Below are positions 47,288 to 56,376 of a DNA stretch of 56,376 bases, piece after piece. The stretch covers positions 1 through 56,376 of the forward strand of contig CAZWYS010000002.1 of the NCBI GenBank assembly GCA_964638295.1, read 5' to 3'. Made by a program: the position numbers and the translations under genes. The DNA is from an uncultured Dehalococcoidaceae bacterium. GTDB taxonomy: Bacteria; Chloroflexota; Dehalococcoidia; Dehalococcoidales; RBG-16-60-22. Each line of letters starts with the position of its first letter. Position 1 is the first letter of the stretch. The notes beneath the pieces were generated by a model that saw only the letters and a list, made by a program, of their open reading frames with translations, made no database searches and had not been told where the DNA came from.

Positions 47288-48499
47288 CTATTTTCCCAGT
47301 GCTTCTTTTCTCAGGATTTCAGCTTTATCAGTCTTTTCCCAGGAAAGGTCAAGGTCATCCCGACCAAAGTGCCCGTAGCAGGCAGTAGGTCTATAGATGG
47401 GGCGGCGCAGGTCAAGGGTCTGAATGATGGCCCCCGGTCTGAGGTCGAAGTGTTTATTAACCAGGTCGTTAATAAGCTGGTTATCAACCTTAGCCGTGCC
47501 AAAGGTCTCAATTGAGATAGAGAGCGGGTGAGCGACACCGATAACATACGAAACCTGGATTTCCAGTCGCTCTGCCAGTCCCGCAGCGACAATGTTTTTA
47601 GCGATATAGCGAGCCGCATAAGCCGCCGAGCGGTCAACCTTGGTCGGGTCCTTGCCGGAGAAAGCACCACCACCATGTCTGGCAATACCACCATAAGTAT
47701 CCACCAGTATTTTGCGTCCGGTAAAACCGGTGTCCGATACCGGTCCACCAATGACAAACCGACCAGTAGCATTAATATAGTATCTGGTATCATTGTCCAT
47801 AAGTGCCGCCGGGATAATCGGTTTAATCACCTGCTCAATAATATCTTGCTCGATTTTACGGTGGCTAACATCAGGGTTGTGCTGAGCACCGATTACCACG
47901 CTGGTTACCCGCCGGGGAGTACCATTTTGGTATTCCACGGTCACCTGTGATTTGCCGTCAGGGCGAAGGTAAGGTAATGCTTTATCCTTCCTGACCCGAG
48001 CCAGGCGACGACAGAGCTTATGGGCTAGAGAAATGGGCAACGGCATAAGTTCCGGTGTCTCATTACAGGCAAAGCCAACCATCATCCCCTGGTCCCCTGC
48101 CCCAATTTCATCAAGGTTATTAATCGCAGCGCTTGTCTTGGCTTCCAGCGACTTATCTACCCCCCGGGCAATGTCGCTGGACTGCTCCTTAACGGAAACC
48201 ATCACCCCACAGGACTGAAAATCAAAACCATACTCGGGGCGGATATAACCGATATCTCGAACCACGCCACGGACAACGTGAGGAATTTCCACATAGCAAT
48301 CGGTGGTAATTTCCCCCATAACAATTATCAGACCATTGGTTACGGCTGTCTCGCAGGCCACCCTGCCATAAGGGTCCTTCTCTAAAATGGTATCAAGGAT
48401 AGCGTCCGATATCTGGTCGCACAGTTTGTCCGGGTGTCCCTCTGTAACCGACTCTGAAGTCAACAGGTAGCTAGGCGAGCTGGCAAAACTATTGGGCAT
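47288..48499 (-). CDS. metK: S-adenosylmethionine synthase
   Basis: 403 aa. ...[18 protein letters not shown]..., [15 protein letters not shown]. Confidence 0.97.
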   Translation of the reverse strand: MPNSFASSPSYLLTSESVTEGHPDKLCDQISDAILDTILEKDPYGRVACETAVTNGLIIVMGEITTDCYVEIPHVVRGVVRDIGYIRPEYGFDFQSCGVMVSVKEQSSDIARGVDKSLEAKTSAAINNLDEIGAGDQGMMVGFACNETPELMPLPISLAHKLCRRLARVRKDKALPYLRPDGKSQVTVEYQNGTPRRVTSVVIGAQHNPDVSHRKIEQDIIEQVIKPIIPAALMDNDTRYYINATGRFVIGGPVSDTGFTGRKILVDTYGGIARHGGGAFSGKDPTKVDRSAAYAARYIAKNIVAAGLAERLEIQVSYVIGVAHPLSISIETFGTAKVDNQLINDLVNKHFDLRPGAIIQTLDLRRPIYRPTACYGHFGRDDLDLSWEKTDKAEILRKEALGK

Positions 48500-48533
48500 C
48501 TTCTCCTCCGTTTCTATGAAAACTGCTCAGGCT

Positions 48534-49805
<1,272 letters not shown>

Positions 49806-49834
49806 TTAGACCAACAAACGATACTTTGAAATAA

Positions 49835-49863
49835 ATAATACACTGAATACGAGATTAGTTCAA
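49835..49863 (-). promoter_or_regulatory. Candidate ahcY-metK promoter TTGAAC-N17-TATTAT
   Basis: Minus-strand reading. It leaves a leader of only about 30 nt before the GTG. Confidence 0.4.
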
Positions 49864-49873
49864 ATCATCAAAT

Positions 49874-49896
49874 GGACAATTTTCGGTCAATTGTCC
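49874..49896. promoter_or_regulatory. Perfect palindrome GGACAATT-N7-AATTGTCC in the divergent ahcY / archease control region
   Basis: 8-bp arms with a 7-nt spacer, 10 nt upstream of the predicted ahcY -35. Confidence 0.35.
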
Positions 49897-49991
49897 TCAT
49901 GGCTTCCTTCTCTTTGAACTTTGAAGCGTGATTTTATAATCTTTCCAAAAACTTCTATAATTAAAATAAAGGGAGCACCAGCTGGCACACA

Positions 49992-50402
49992 ATGAAAAGG
50001 TTTCAGTTTATCGAGCACACGGCTGATATCGGGCTGGTCGCCTACGGTCGGAATCTGGCGGAGGCTTTCGCCAATGCCGCTTACGGTCTGTTCTCCATAA
50101 TTGCCGAACTAAAGACGGTAAGAGAAAGCGAATCCCGCCAGCTAGAGCTCAACGAAGATGACCCGGAGGCTTTGCTTTTCGAGTGGCTTAACCGCCTCAT
50201 CTACTTTTTTGATGTGGAGATGCTTCTATTCAAGAGATTCGACGTAAGCGACTTTGACGGGCACGGACTCAAGGCAACCTGCTACGGCGAAAAATACGAG
50301 CCGTCCCGCCACCAGTTGAAGAGAGGGGTCAAGTCAGCCACCTACCATATGCTCAAAGTAGACAGTGAGAAAAATCAGGTTCAGGTTATCTTTGATATCT
50401 AG
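49992..50402 (+). CDS. Archease (RtcB activator)
   Basis: 136 aa, MKRFQFIEHTADIGL...; immediately upstream of rtcB. Confidence 0.85.
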   Translation: MKRFQFIEHTADIGLVAYGRNLAEAFANAAYGLFSIIAELKTVRESESRQLELNEDDPEALLFEWLNRLIYFFDVEMLLFKRFDVSDFDGHGLKATCYGEKYEPSRHQLKRGVKSATYHMLKVDSEKNQVQVIFDI

Positions 50403-50413
50403 GAGGTGACAAT

Positions 50414-51871
50414 ATGGTACAGTGGAACGGACCTCTGGAGAAAATTGATGATTACCGCTGGCGAATACCAAAAGACTACAAGACAGGCATGCGTGTGCCG
50501 GGGATAATTTACGCCGACGAGGATATGGTAAAGCAAATCCGTGAGGAGCAGGCTCTGGAACAGGTAGCCAATGTCGCTTTTCTGCCCGGCATAGTGGACT
50601 ACTCCCTCGCCATGCCGGATATACACTGGGGTTATGGGTTTCCCATCGGCGGCGTGGCGGCAATGAAAGTAGACGATGGCGTGGTTTCACCGGGTGGAGT
50701 CGGCTTTGACATCAACTGCGGCGTCCGCCTGCTGCGCACCAACTTCACTGAGGAGGAAGTCCGCCCTAAGATAAAGGAACTCATCAATGCCCTCTTCAGC
50801 AACGTGCCCTCAGGCGTGGGTTCAAGGGGCAGGATAAGGCTAAAGACGAAAGAGCTCGACCAGGTACTGGTCAAAGGCTCACGCTGGGCGGTAGAGAACG
50901 GATACGGGCGACCTGAGGACTTGGAAGCCACCGAAGAGAACGGTGAGATGTCCAAGGCTGACCCCGCCAAAGTCAGCGGCCGGGCGAAGGAAAGGGGCAT
51001 ACCCCAGCTGGGTACGCTTGGCTCCGGGAATCACTTTCTTGAGGTAGCCATAGTAGATAAGATTTATGAGCCGGACATAGCCAAGGGCATGGGTATAGAT
51101 GAAGTTGGGCAGATAGTGCTTTACATCCACTGCGGCTCCCGCGGGCTGGGGCATCAGGTAGCTGACGATTACATTAAAGAGATGGTCAGGGCAATGACCA
51201 AGTACGGCATTGAGCTGCCTGACCGACAGCTTGCCTGCAGCCCGGTCAAGTCCCCGGAAGGTCAAGCCTATCTTTCCGCAATGAGTTGTGCCGCCAACTA
51301 CGCCTGGACTAATCGCCAGTGCATCACTCACTGGGTGAGAGAAGCCTTCTGCCGGGTAATGGGCAGGAGCGAAACAGAAGCTGGACTCGAGCTTATCTAT
51401 GATGTTGCCCATAATATCGCCAAGATAGAAGAGCACGAAACAAACGGTAAGAGACAGGTGCTCTGCGTGCATCGCAAGGGCGCTACCAGAGCCTTCCCGG
51501 CTGGTCACCCCGATGTCCCCAAGAAGTACTCTCAGACAGGGCAGCCGGTCCTTATTCCCGGTGACATGGGGCGGACTTCCTACGTTCTGGTGGGCACCGA
51601 GCAAGCGATGAAGGAGACCTTTGGCTCTACCTGTCACGGTGCGGGTAGAGTTATGAGCCGAGCCGCCGCCAAAAGGCACCTCAGGGGAAGAGATGTGCTT
51701 GAGTCACTGCAGGCCCGAGGTATAACCGTCCGCACTGACAGTCTTCCCGGACTTGCGGAGGAAGCTTCAGCAGCCTACAAAGACGTAACCTCGGTAGTCG
51801 AGGTTACGCACCGCGCTGGCATCTCAAAGACGGTGGCGAGGACCAGACCGATTGGCGTGATTAAAGGGTGA
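50414..51871 (+). CDS. rtcB: RNA 3'-phosphate ligase RtcB
   Basis: 485 aa. ...PDIHWGYGFPIGGV..., GSGNHF, HCGSRGLGHQ, CHGAGR. Confidence 0.95.
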   Translation: MVQWNGPLEKIDDYRWRIPKDYKTGMRVPGIIYADEDMVKQIREEQALEQVANVAFLPGIVDYSLAMPDIHWGYGFPIGGVAAMKVDDGVVSPGGVGFDINCGVRLLRTNFTEEEVRPKIKELINALFSNVPSGVGSRGRIRLKTKELDQVLVKGSRWAVENGYGRPEDLEATEENGEMSKADPAKVSGRAKERGIPQLGTLGSGNHFLEVAIVDKIYEPDIAKGMGIDEVGQIVLYIHCGSRGLGHQVADDYIKEMVRAMTKYGIELPDRQLACSPVKSPEGQAYLSAMSCAANYAWTNRQCITHWVREAFCRVMGRSETEAGLELIYDVAHNIAKIEEHETNGKRQVLCVHRKGATRAFPAGHPDVPKKYSQTGQPVLIPGDMGRTSYVLVGTEQAMKETFGSTCHGAGRVMSRAAAKRHLRGRDVLESLQARGITVRTDSLPGLAEEASAAYKDVTSVVEVTHRAGISKTVARTRPIGVIKG

Positions 51872-51887
51872 GAGCCCGCTAAAGAAC

Positions 51888-51927
51888 AGTTGAAGAGAGA
51901 GAGTTGAAGAGAGATGAAATCTCTCTT
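51888..51927. terminator. Tandem 13-mer AGTTGAAGAGAGA x2 whose second copy forms an 8-bp hairpin AAGAGAGA-TGAAA-TCTCTCTT; possible bidirectional terminator between convergent rtcB and trpS
   Basis: Copies at 51888-51900 and 51902-51914, stem 51907-51927. No clean U-tract on either strand. Confidence 0.3.
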
Positions 51928-51939
51928 AGATAAATAATT

Positions 51940-52935
51940 TTACCCAAGCCCCACCCTGTCTTTGACACGGGCTAAAGTCTCTTCAGCAATAGGCCTGATT
52001 CTATCAGCCCCTTCCGCCAGTAAAGAATCAAGGTGAGACGGGTCAGCAGTCAATTCTTTATAACGGGACTGCAGGGGGCTTAAACCTTCGACAACCACCT
52101 CCGCCAGTTCTTTCTTGAAATCGGCATAGCCTTTGCCTTCAAAGCGCACCTCAATCTCTTTTCTGCCCAGCCTGGTGAAAAGTTCATAGATGACCAGCAA
52201 GTTGCAAATGCCGGGACGGTTCTCATCAAAACGGATTTCCCGCTGCGAGTCGGTAGTTGCCCTCATTATCTTGGCGCGAATGTCGTCCGGTGAATCGAGC
52301 AGGCAGATGGTGCCCGCCGGCTGTTCCTCACTTTTGCTCATTTTTTCCGTCGGGTTGTCCAAGCTCATGATGCGTGAACCCGTCTCCGGTATCACTGCTG
52401 CCGGTACCTTGAAAGTCTCACCATAGATGGAGTTGAAGCGCTGGGCAACGTCCCGCGCCAGTTCCACGTGCTGCTTCTGGTCCTCACCAACCGGTACCAC
52501 ATCGGTATTATAGAGCAGGATATCGGCTGCCATCAGTGCCGGATAGTCAAAAAGACCGGTGCTGACTTCCGCCTTCTGTTTCTGTGATTTTTCCTTGAAC
52601 TGCGTCATTCGTCTCATCCACCCCATGGGGATAAAACAATTGAGAATCCAGGTCAGTTCAGCATGGGCGCTGATGTGGGACTGGACAAAAACAGTGGATA
52701 TTTTGGTGTCAATGCCAGCGGCAATGAGGAGACCAGCCACCTCACGTATCTTTGCCTTCAGGGTTTTAGAGTCTTGCGAAACCGTGATGGCATGCAGGTC
52801 AACAACACAAAAGATGCTTTCATAATCAGCCTGGGTGTTTACCCAGTGCTGAATGGCACCCAGATAATTGCCAATATGAATATTACCTGTCGGCTGGATG
52901 CCGGAGAAGACCCGCTTTTTCATAACTTGATACAT
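51940..52935 (-). CDS. trpS: Tryptophan--tRNA ligase
   Basis: 331 aa. HIGH-like TGNIHIGN and KMSKS both present. Confidence 0.95.
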   Translation of the reverse strand: MYQVMKKRVFSGIQPTGNIHIGNYLGAIQHWVNTQADYESIFCVVDLHAITVSQDSKTLKAKIREVAGLLIAAGIDTKISTVFVQSHISAHAELTWILNCFIPMGWMRRMTQFKEKSQKQKAEVSTGLFDYPALMAADILLYNTDVVPVGEDQKQHVELARDVAQRFNSIYGETFKVPAAVIPETGSRIMSLDNPTEKMSKSEEQPAGTICLLDSPDDIRAKIMRATTDSQREIRFDENRPGICNLLVIYELFTRLGRKEIEVRFEGKGYADFKKELAEVVVEGLSPLQSRYKELTADPSHLDSLLAEGADRIRPIAEETLARVKDRVGLG

Positions 52936-52970
52936 ACTCCTCGAGTGAAATTTGATTACTTCATCATCGG

Positions 52971-52979
52971 ATTATATCA
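52971..52979 (-). promoter_or_regulatory. Candidate extended -10 element (TGATATAAT) for trpS
   Basis: Lies on the minus strand, with its downstream end about 35 nt upstream of the trpS ATG. Confidence 0.35.
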
Positions 52980-53069
52980 CAACTCAGACTATCTGGGATA
53001 GCTTCACCGGCGTAGCCCTGACGAGCAATCTCGACGAAATCCAGTGCCGGTACCGAGAAAAGATAATAC

Positions 53070-54122
53070 TCAGTCCAGCGAAAGCGGGTACTGGCCAAAC
53101 TCTCTTATTGCTTTGACCATGGCCACATAGTTCTCCGGTTTGACTCCGGAATGAATTGAATTACTGGACATGCAGATAAGACCTCCTCCCTTCCCCGCCT
53201 TCCTGATGACTTCCTTCGTTTCCTGCCGCACCTCCTCCACCGTCCCGGAAACCAGGCTGAAAGCACAGCTCACGTTGCCGCACAGGCAAACTTTATCACC
53301 AAACTTAGCTTTAGCCTCACCAATATCCATGCCCGCCATCGGGTCTATGGGATTAAGACCATCAATACCGGTGTCAAGGATAATATCGTAGACAGGCCAG
53401 ATATTACCATCGGTGTGCTTAATACACGGTACACCCCGACTGTGAGCATATTCAACGAGTTTCTGGAGGGAAGGAGCAAGAAATCTCTTGGTAAATTCAC
53501 GAGAGACCATCGGCTTCTCCGTCATTGCCCAATCCCCATTAATCCACAGTATATCGGCGCCCAAATCAATACAGTTCCGGGCATAGCGCAGTTGGTAGTT
53601 AAGCAGAACCTCGTTAGTCCGGTCGATAAAATCGGGATTTTTTATCATGTTGCGAAAATAGCCTATATCACCTAAAAAATTCTCCCTGCCCAGAGCAAAA
53701 ATGTCGGTCACGCCAACAACGATTGCCCTTTCCCCTTTAAACATCTTCACCATTTGCTTCAGGTGCTCATATCTCCACTCCTCATCCGGGTCAGGAAGTA
53801 CATAGGTATCAAGGTCTTTTTCAGTCTTGACTGCCGGTTTGACCGGCACAGGGTTATCTTCGGTAGTATAACGGACCAGTCCTCCCCACTGGTCCCGCTT
53901 GATTCTCTTTTCCGCATCTACCGTCTCATAGCTCCAGGACTGGGTTCTATCAATGAACCTGACGCCATCCAAATCCATGTATTCAACGAAATCTTCTTCA
54001 GAAGCATCAGGCAATATGGCATCTCTTACCTTCTTCGTAACCCTCTCAAAGTGAGGAACCACGTCTGGCTCCTGAAGCTTCAGCGCCGTGAATACCCGCT
54101 CCAGACCACTAAGTCTCCTCAT
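53070..54122 (-). CDS. Uroporphyrinogen-decarboxylase-family (MtaA/CmuA-type) corrinoid methyltransferase
   Basis: About 350 aa, URO-D-fold-like sequence. Start placed at MRRLSGLERV, with GGGAG 8 nt upstream; an alternative ATG is at 54128. Directly follows the corrinoid protein gene. Confidence 0.7.
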   Translation of the reverse strand: MRRLSGLERVFTALKLQEPDVVPHFERVTKKVRDAILPDASEEDFVEYMDLDGVRFIDRTQSWSYETVDAEKRIKRDQWGGLVRYTTEDNPVPVKPAVKTEKDLDTYVLPDPDEEWRYEHLKQMVKMFKGERAIVVGVTDIFALGRENFLGDIGYFRNMIKNPDFIDRTNEVLLNYQLRYARNCIDLGADILWINGDWAMTEKPMVSREFTKRFLAPSLQKLVEYAHSRGVPCIKHTDGNIWPVYDIILDTGIDGLNPIDPMAGMDIGEAKAKFGDKVCLCGNVSCAFSLVSGTVEEVRQETKEVIRKAGKGGGLICMSSNSIHSGVKPENYVAMVKAIREFGQYPLSLD

Positions 54123-54135
54123 TGCCATCTCTCCC

Positions 54136-54774
54136 TTAAGATTTCCCGACGAGAGCCGCCGCCACTTTCGCTGCGGCGGGCCCGTCCTTCGCATGAGCAT
54201 CAGCACCAATCTTTTCCGCCCATTCTGGTGTCGTGGGTGCCCCGCCGACCATTATCTTGACCCTATCCCTCAACCCGGCTGTCTTTAAAGCTTCTATGGT
54301 TGCGGCCGCGTTAGACATCGTCATCGTCAACAGTGATGACATGCCGAGAATCTGGTAGTCACCTTTATCCACCGCCGAGCAAAATTCCTCTGGCGATACA
54401 TCAACCCCCAAATCGGTTACCTCCCAGCCATTTCCCCGCAACATCATAACCACAATGTTTTTGCCCAGGTTATGCACATCGCCCTGCACCGTTCCGATCA
54501 GGAATTTACCCATATGCGGTGCGCTCTCTTTACTCATTATCGGCGTTAAAAGTTCCAGTGCCTGCGAAACAGCATCACCCGAGACGATTAACTCAGGGAG
54601 AAAATAATCACCGTTTTCAAACAGGTCGCCAACCTTTTGCAGCCCGGGAATAAGACCCCTATCCAGTACTTCATTGGCCGGAATACTGGCATCCAGAGCT
54701 TTCTTGGTCAGCTCAAAAGCAACCTCACCATCTCCTTCGATTATCGCTTGGCTCAGTTCTTCGAGATTGACCAT
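54136..54774 (-). CDS. Corrinoid (B12-binding) protein of the MtaC/MtbC type
   Basis: About 212 aa starting at MVNLEEL with RBS GAGGAGGTGA. N-terminal helical cap, then a Rossmann domain with DxHxxG (GDVHNLGK), SxL (MSSLLT) and GG (VGGAP). Confidence 0.85.
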   Translation of the reverse strand: MVNLEELSQAIIEGDGEVAFELTKKALDASIPANEVLDRGLIPGLQKVGDLFENGDYFLPELIVSGDAVSQALELLTPIMSKESAPHMGKFLIGTVQGDVHNLGKNIVVMMLRGNGWEVTDLGVDVSPEEFCSAVDKGDYQILGMSSLLTMTMSNAAATIEALKTAGLRDRVKIMVGGAPTTPEWAEKIGADAHAKDGPAAAKVAAALVGKS

Positions 54775-54811
54775 TTCACCTCCTCTAAAATGAGCTGATT
54801 TACCGAACAGC

Positions 54812-55921
54812 CTAAAGACCAGCCGGCAATTTGACGCCAAACCGTTCCGCGATAGGGCGCAGATTGCGAATGGTACCCCCGGGGAGAGGAATGCCGTTTC
54901 GCGAACGGTCATCAAAGGCTCTTTCTTCAGGCTCGCCGGGAACGAGTATCTCACTGAAACCTTCCGCCTTGGGCAGGGCTTTCAGACCATCAATAAGATT
55001 ATCAACATGCTCTTTATAGCTTTCCACATCGGTAAACGTGCCGATGTCAATAGCGGCGACAACACTGTTCTGGACGGGGCGGGGAACGTAGTCGGGATGG
55101 CCTCCCGCCGTAGCCTCAGCTTTCTTGTCCTGCGGTGAAGGCTCCACTTTCTTGCCCAATAATATAGGCTCCAATAGCGGGTTGCCCGCCACCACACTGC
55201 CAAGGCACTCAAACATAAGCGCCAGCCCGGAGCCCTTGGGACCACCGAAGGGTAGAAATATAGCCGCCTGGCTGGGGTCAGTGGTGGGGTTGCCGTCTAT
55301 GGTCAGTCCCCAGCCCTCCGGTATGGAAACGCCCCTGTCGACAGCCAGCCAGATTTTGCCCCGCGCCACCACGCTGGTCGCCATGTCCAAAAATAGCACC
55401 CGGTGACGTTTCGCCGGCACGGCAATAGTTATCGGATTGTTGGCTACGCCTGCGGCCTTGGCACCGTAGGGCACCATGTTAGGCGGACTGCAAACAAAAA
55501 CGATTCCCGCCATATCATTCTTCGCCGCCATTTGCGAATAGTAACCCATTGCTCCCTGGTGCGTGTGGTTGCAGATAAACGCCCAGCCAATACCCAGATT
55601 TTTTGCCTTCTCCATTACCCGTTTCATGGCAAAGACAGTAACCACCGGGCCAAAAGCCTGGTCTGACTCAACTACCAAAGTAGCCGGTGTCTCTTTGACC
55701 ACCCTGATATTGGGCTTGGGGTTCATTATGCCCTTGTCCACATTGCCCACATACCACGGAATCCGCAGCACGCCGTGTGAGTCCACCCCCCGCAAGTTGG
55801 CCCATATCAGCATATCCGCCTCGGTTTCGGCATCCTCGGGGGACATACCAACCCGGATAAATACTTCTTTGGTAAACTTTTTTAATTCCTCCCCGGCGAC
55901 TATAACTTCACCCTGTGCCAT
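54812..55921 (-). CDS. Ldh_2-family (malate/L-lactate dehydrogenase type 2, COG2055) NAD(P)H oxidoreductase
   Basis: 369 aa. ...ANLRGVDSHGVLRIP...; RBS AAGGAGGAG. Confidence 0.85.
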   Translation of the reverse strand: MAQGEVIVAGEELKKFTKEVFIRVGMSPEDAETEADMLIWANLRGVDSHGVLRIPWYVGNVDKGIMNPKPNIRVVKETPATLVVESDQAFGPVVTVFAMKRVMEKAKNLGIGWAFICNHTHQGAMGYYSQMAAKNDMAGIVFVCSPPNMVPYGAKAAGVANNPITIAVPAKRHRVLFLDMATSVVARGKIWLAVDRGVSIPEGWGLTIDGNPTTDPSQAAIFLPFGGPKGSGLALMFECLGSVVAGNPLLEPILLGKKVEPSPQDKKAEATAGGHPDYVPRPVQNSVVAAIDIGTFTDVESYKEHVDNLIDGLKALPKAEGFSEILVPGEPEERAFDDRSRNGIPLPGGTIRNLRPIAERFGVKLPAGL

Positions 55922-55982
55922 AGCTCCTCCTTAGCAATAAATTTAACGTCGTTAAAACTATCTGTTGATGAATCCCGAGCTT

Positions 55983-56376
55983 CTACCGCTTGTGCTCCTG
56001 AATGATATTGCCACCATCAATCACAATCTCCGCCCCGGTTATGTAACTGGATTTATCGGAAGCCAAAAACACCGCAAGGTTACCCATCTCTTCTATTGTG
56101 CCAAGACGTCCCATCGGTAGCTCCTTGCCGAGGTGCCTGATATAATCATCTTCTGAAGCCCAGCCTCTGGGTTTAGCCATGCTTCTCAACATCGGCGTGT
56201 TAAAAGAGCCGGGACAAATAGCATTCACATTTATACCGTGCTCGGCTACCTCAAGCGCCAGTGATTTGGTAAACCCGGACACGGCTCCATTGGAAGCGGC
56301 ATAAATCGTCATCCCCTTGCCGGAAACCATCGGCCCGGTAACCGATGATATATTAATAATCTTGCCGTACCCGTGC
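55983..56376 (-). CDS. Short-chain dehydrogenase/reductase, C-terminal part (5' end outside window)
   Basis: The frame is open to the window edge. ...NISSVTG...YAASNGAV.GFTKSLALE...NAICPG... carries the catalytic YxxxN/K region. Confidence 0.85.
   Translation of the reverse strand, partial: HGYGKIINISSVTGPMVSGKGMTIYAASNGAVSGFTKSLALEVAEHGINVNAICPGSFNTPMLRSMAKPRGWASEDDYIRHLGKELPMGRLGTIEEMGNLAVFLASDKSSYITGAEIVIDGGNIIQEHKR

Noticed and set aside
50879-51679. 266-aa minus-strand ORF opposite rtcB
   Set aside because: Shadow ORF of a highly conserved gene.
52936-53069. T-box leader upstream of trpS (the plus strand contains GTGCCGGTACCGAG, vaguely like the T-box sequence)
   Set aside because: The motif is on the wrong strand. 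The gap is only 134 nt, and a good extended -10 lies about 35 nt upstream of the ATG, leaving no room for a T-box.

Overview
A 56.4-kb chromosomal window that is mostly housekeeping. The protein signatures look like a Chloroflexota/Dehalococcoidia-type bacterium, but that placement is inference only; no search was run. I call about 75 CDS and one tRNA. There is no rRNA, CRISPR array or intact mobile element. Layout: (1) 1-8.4 kb: rsmI 3' end, metG, a polyprenyl synthase, moaE, ftsH, tRNA-Thr(CGU), RidA and an M42 peptidase. (2) 8.7-16.4 kb, plus strand: DUF2148-like protein, D-2-hydroxyacid dehydrogenase, then a tight block of AcoX-like kinase, lipoyl E2, E3, LipB, LipA and a divergent HpcH-type aldolase. 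No E1 component is present. (3) 16.6-36.8 kb: one uninterrupted plus-strand ribosomal supercluster of 30 r-protein genes (rpsL to rpsI) plus fusA, secY, adk, map, infA, rpoA and truA. tuf is absent and fusA overlaps rpsJ. S3 carries a repeat-bearing tail of about 165 aa, S12 an insertion of about 14 aa, and L24 four cysteines. (4) 36.8-47.0 kb, minus strand: PMM/PGM plus a Dph6-like PP-loop ATPase, a 54-codon serine-recombinase remnant, then the clearest accessory block. That block is a 7-gene operon: a lipoprotein TRAP transporter whose binding protein carries an (Ala-Pro)25 tether, three tandem isocitrate-lyase/PEP-mutase-superfamily paralogs (two with KKCGF in place of the KxCGH signature), and a SAF-domain NAD dehydrogenase. 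I regard this operon as the best candidate for an undescribed system, most likely catabolism of an organic acid. (5) 47.3-56.4 kb: metK-ahcY, archease-rtcB, trpS, and an operon of SDR, Ldh_2-family dehydrogenase, corrinoid protein and UroD-family methyltransferase. Five of the seven promoters I could predict share a TGnTAnnnT extended -10 element. All functions come from reading the translated ORFs and motifs by eye. Coordinates of small elements may be off by a nucleotide or two.
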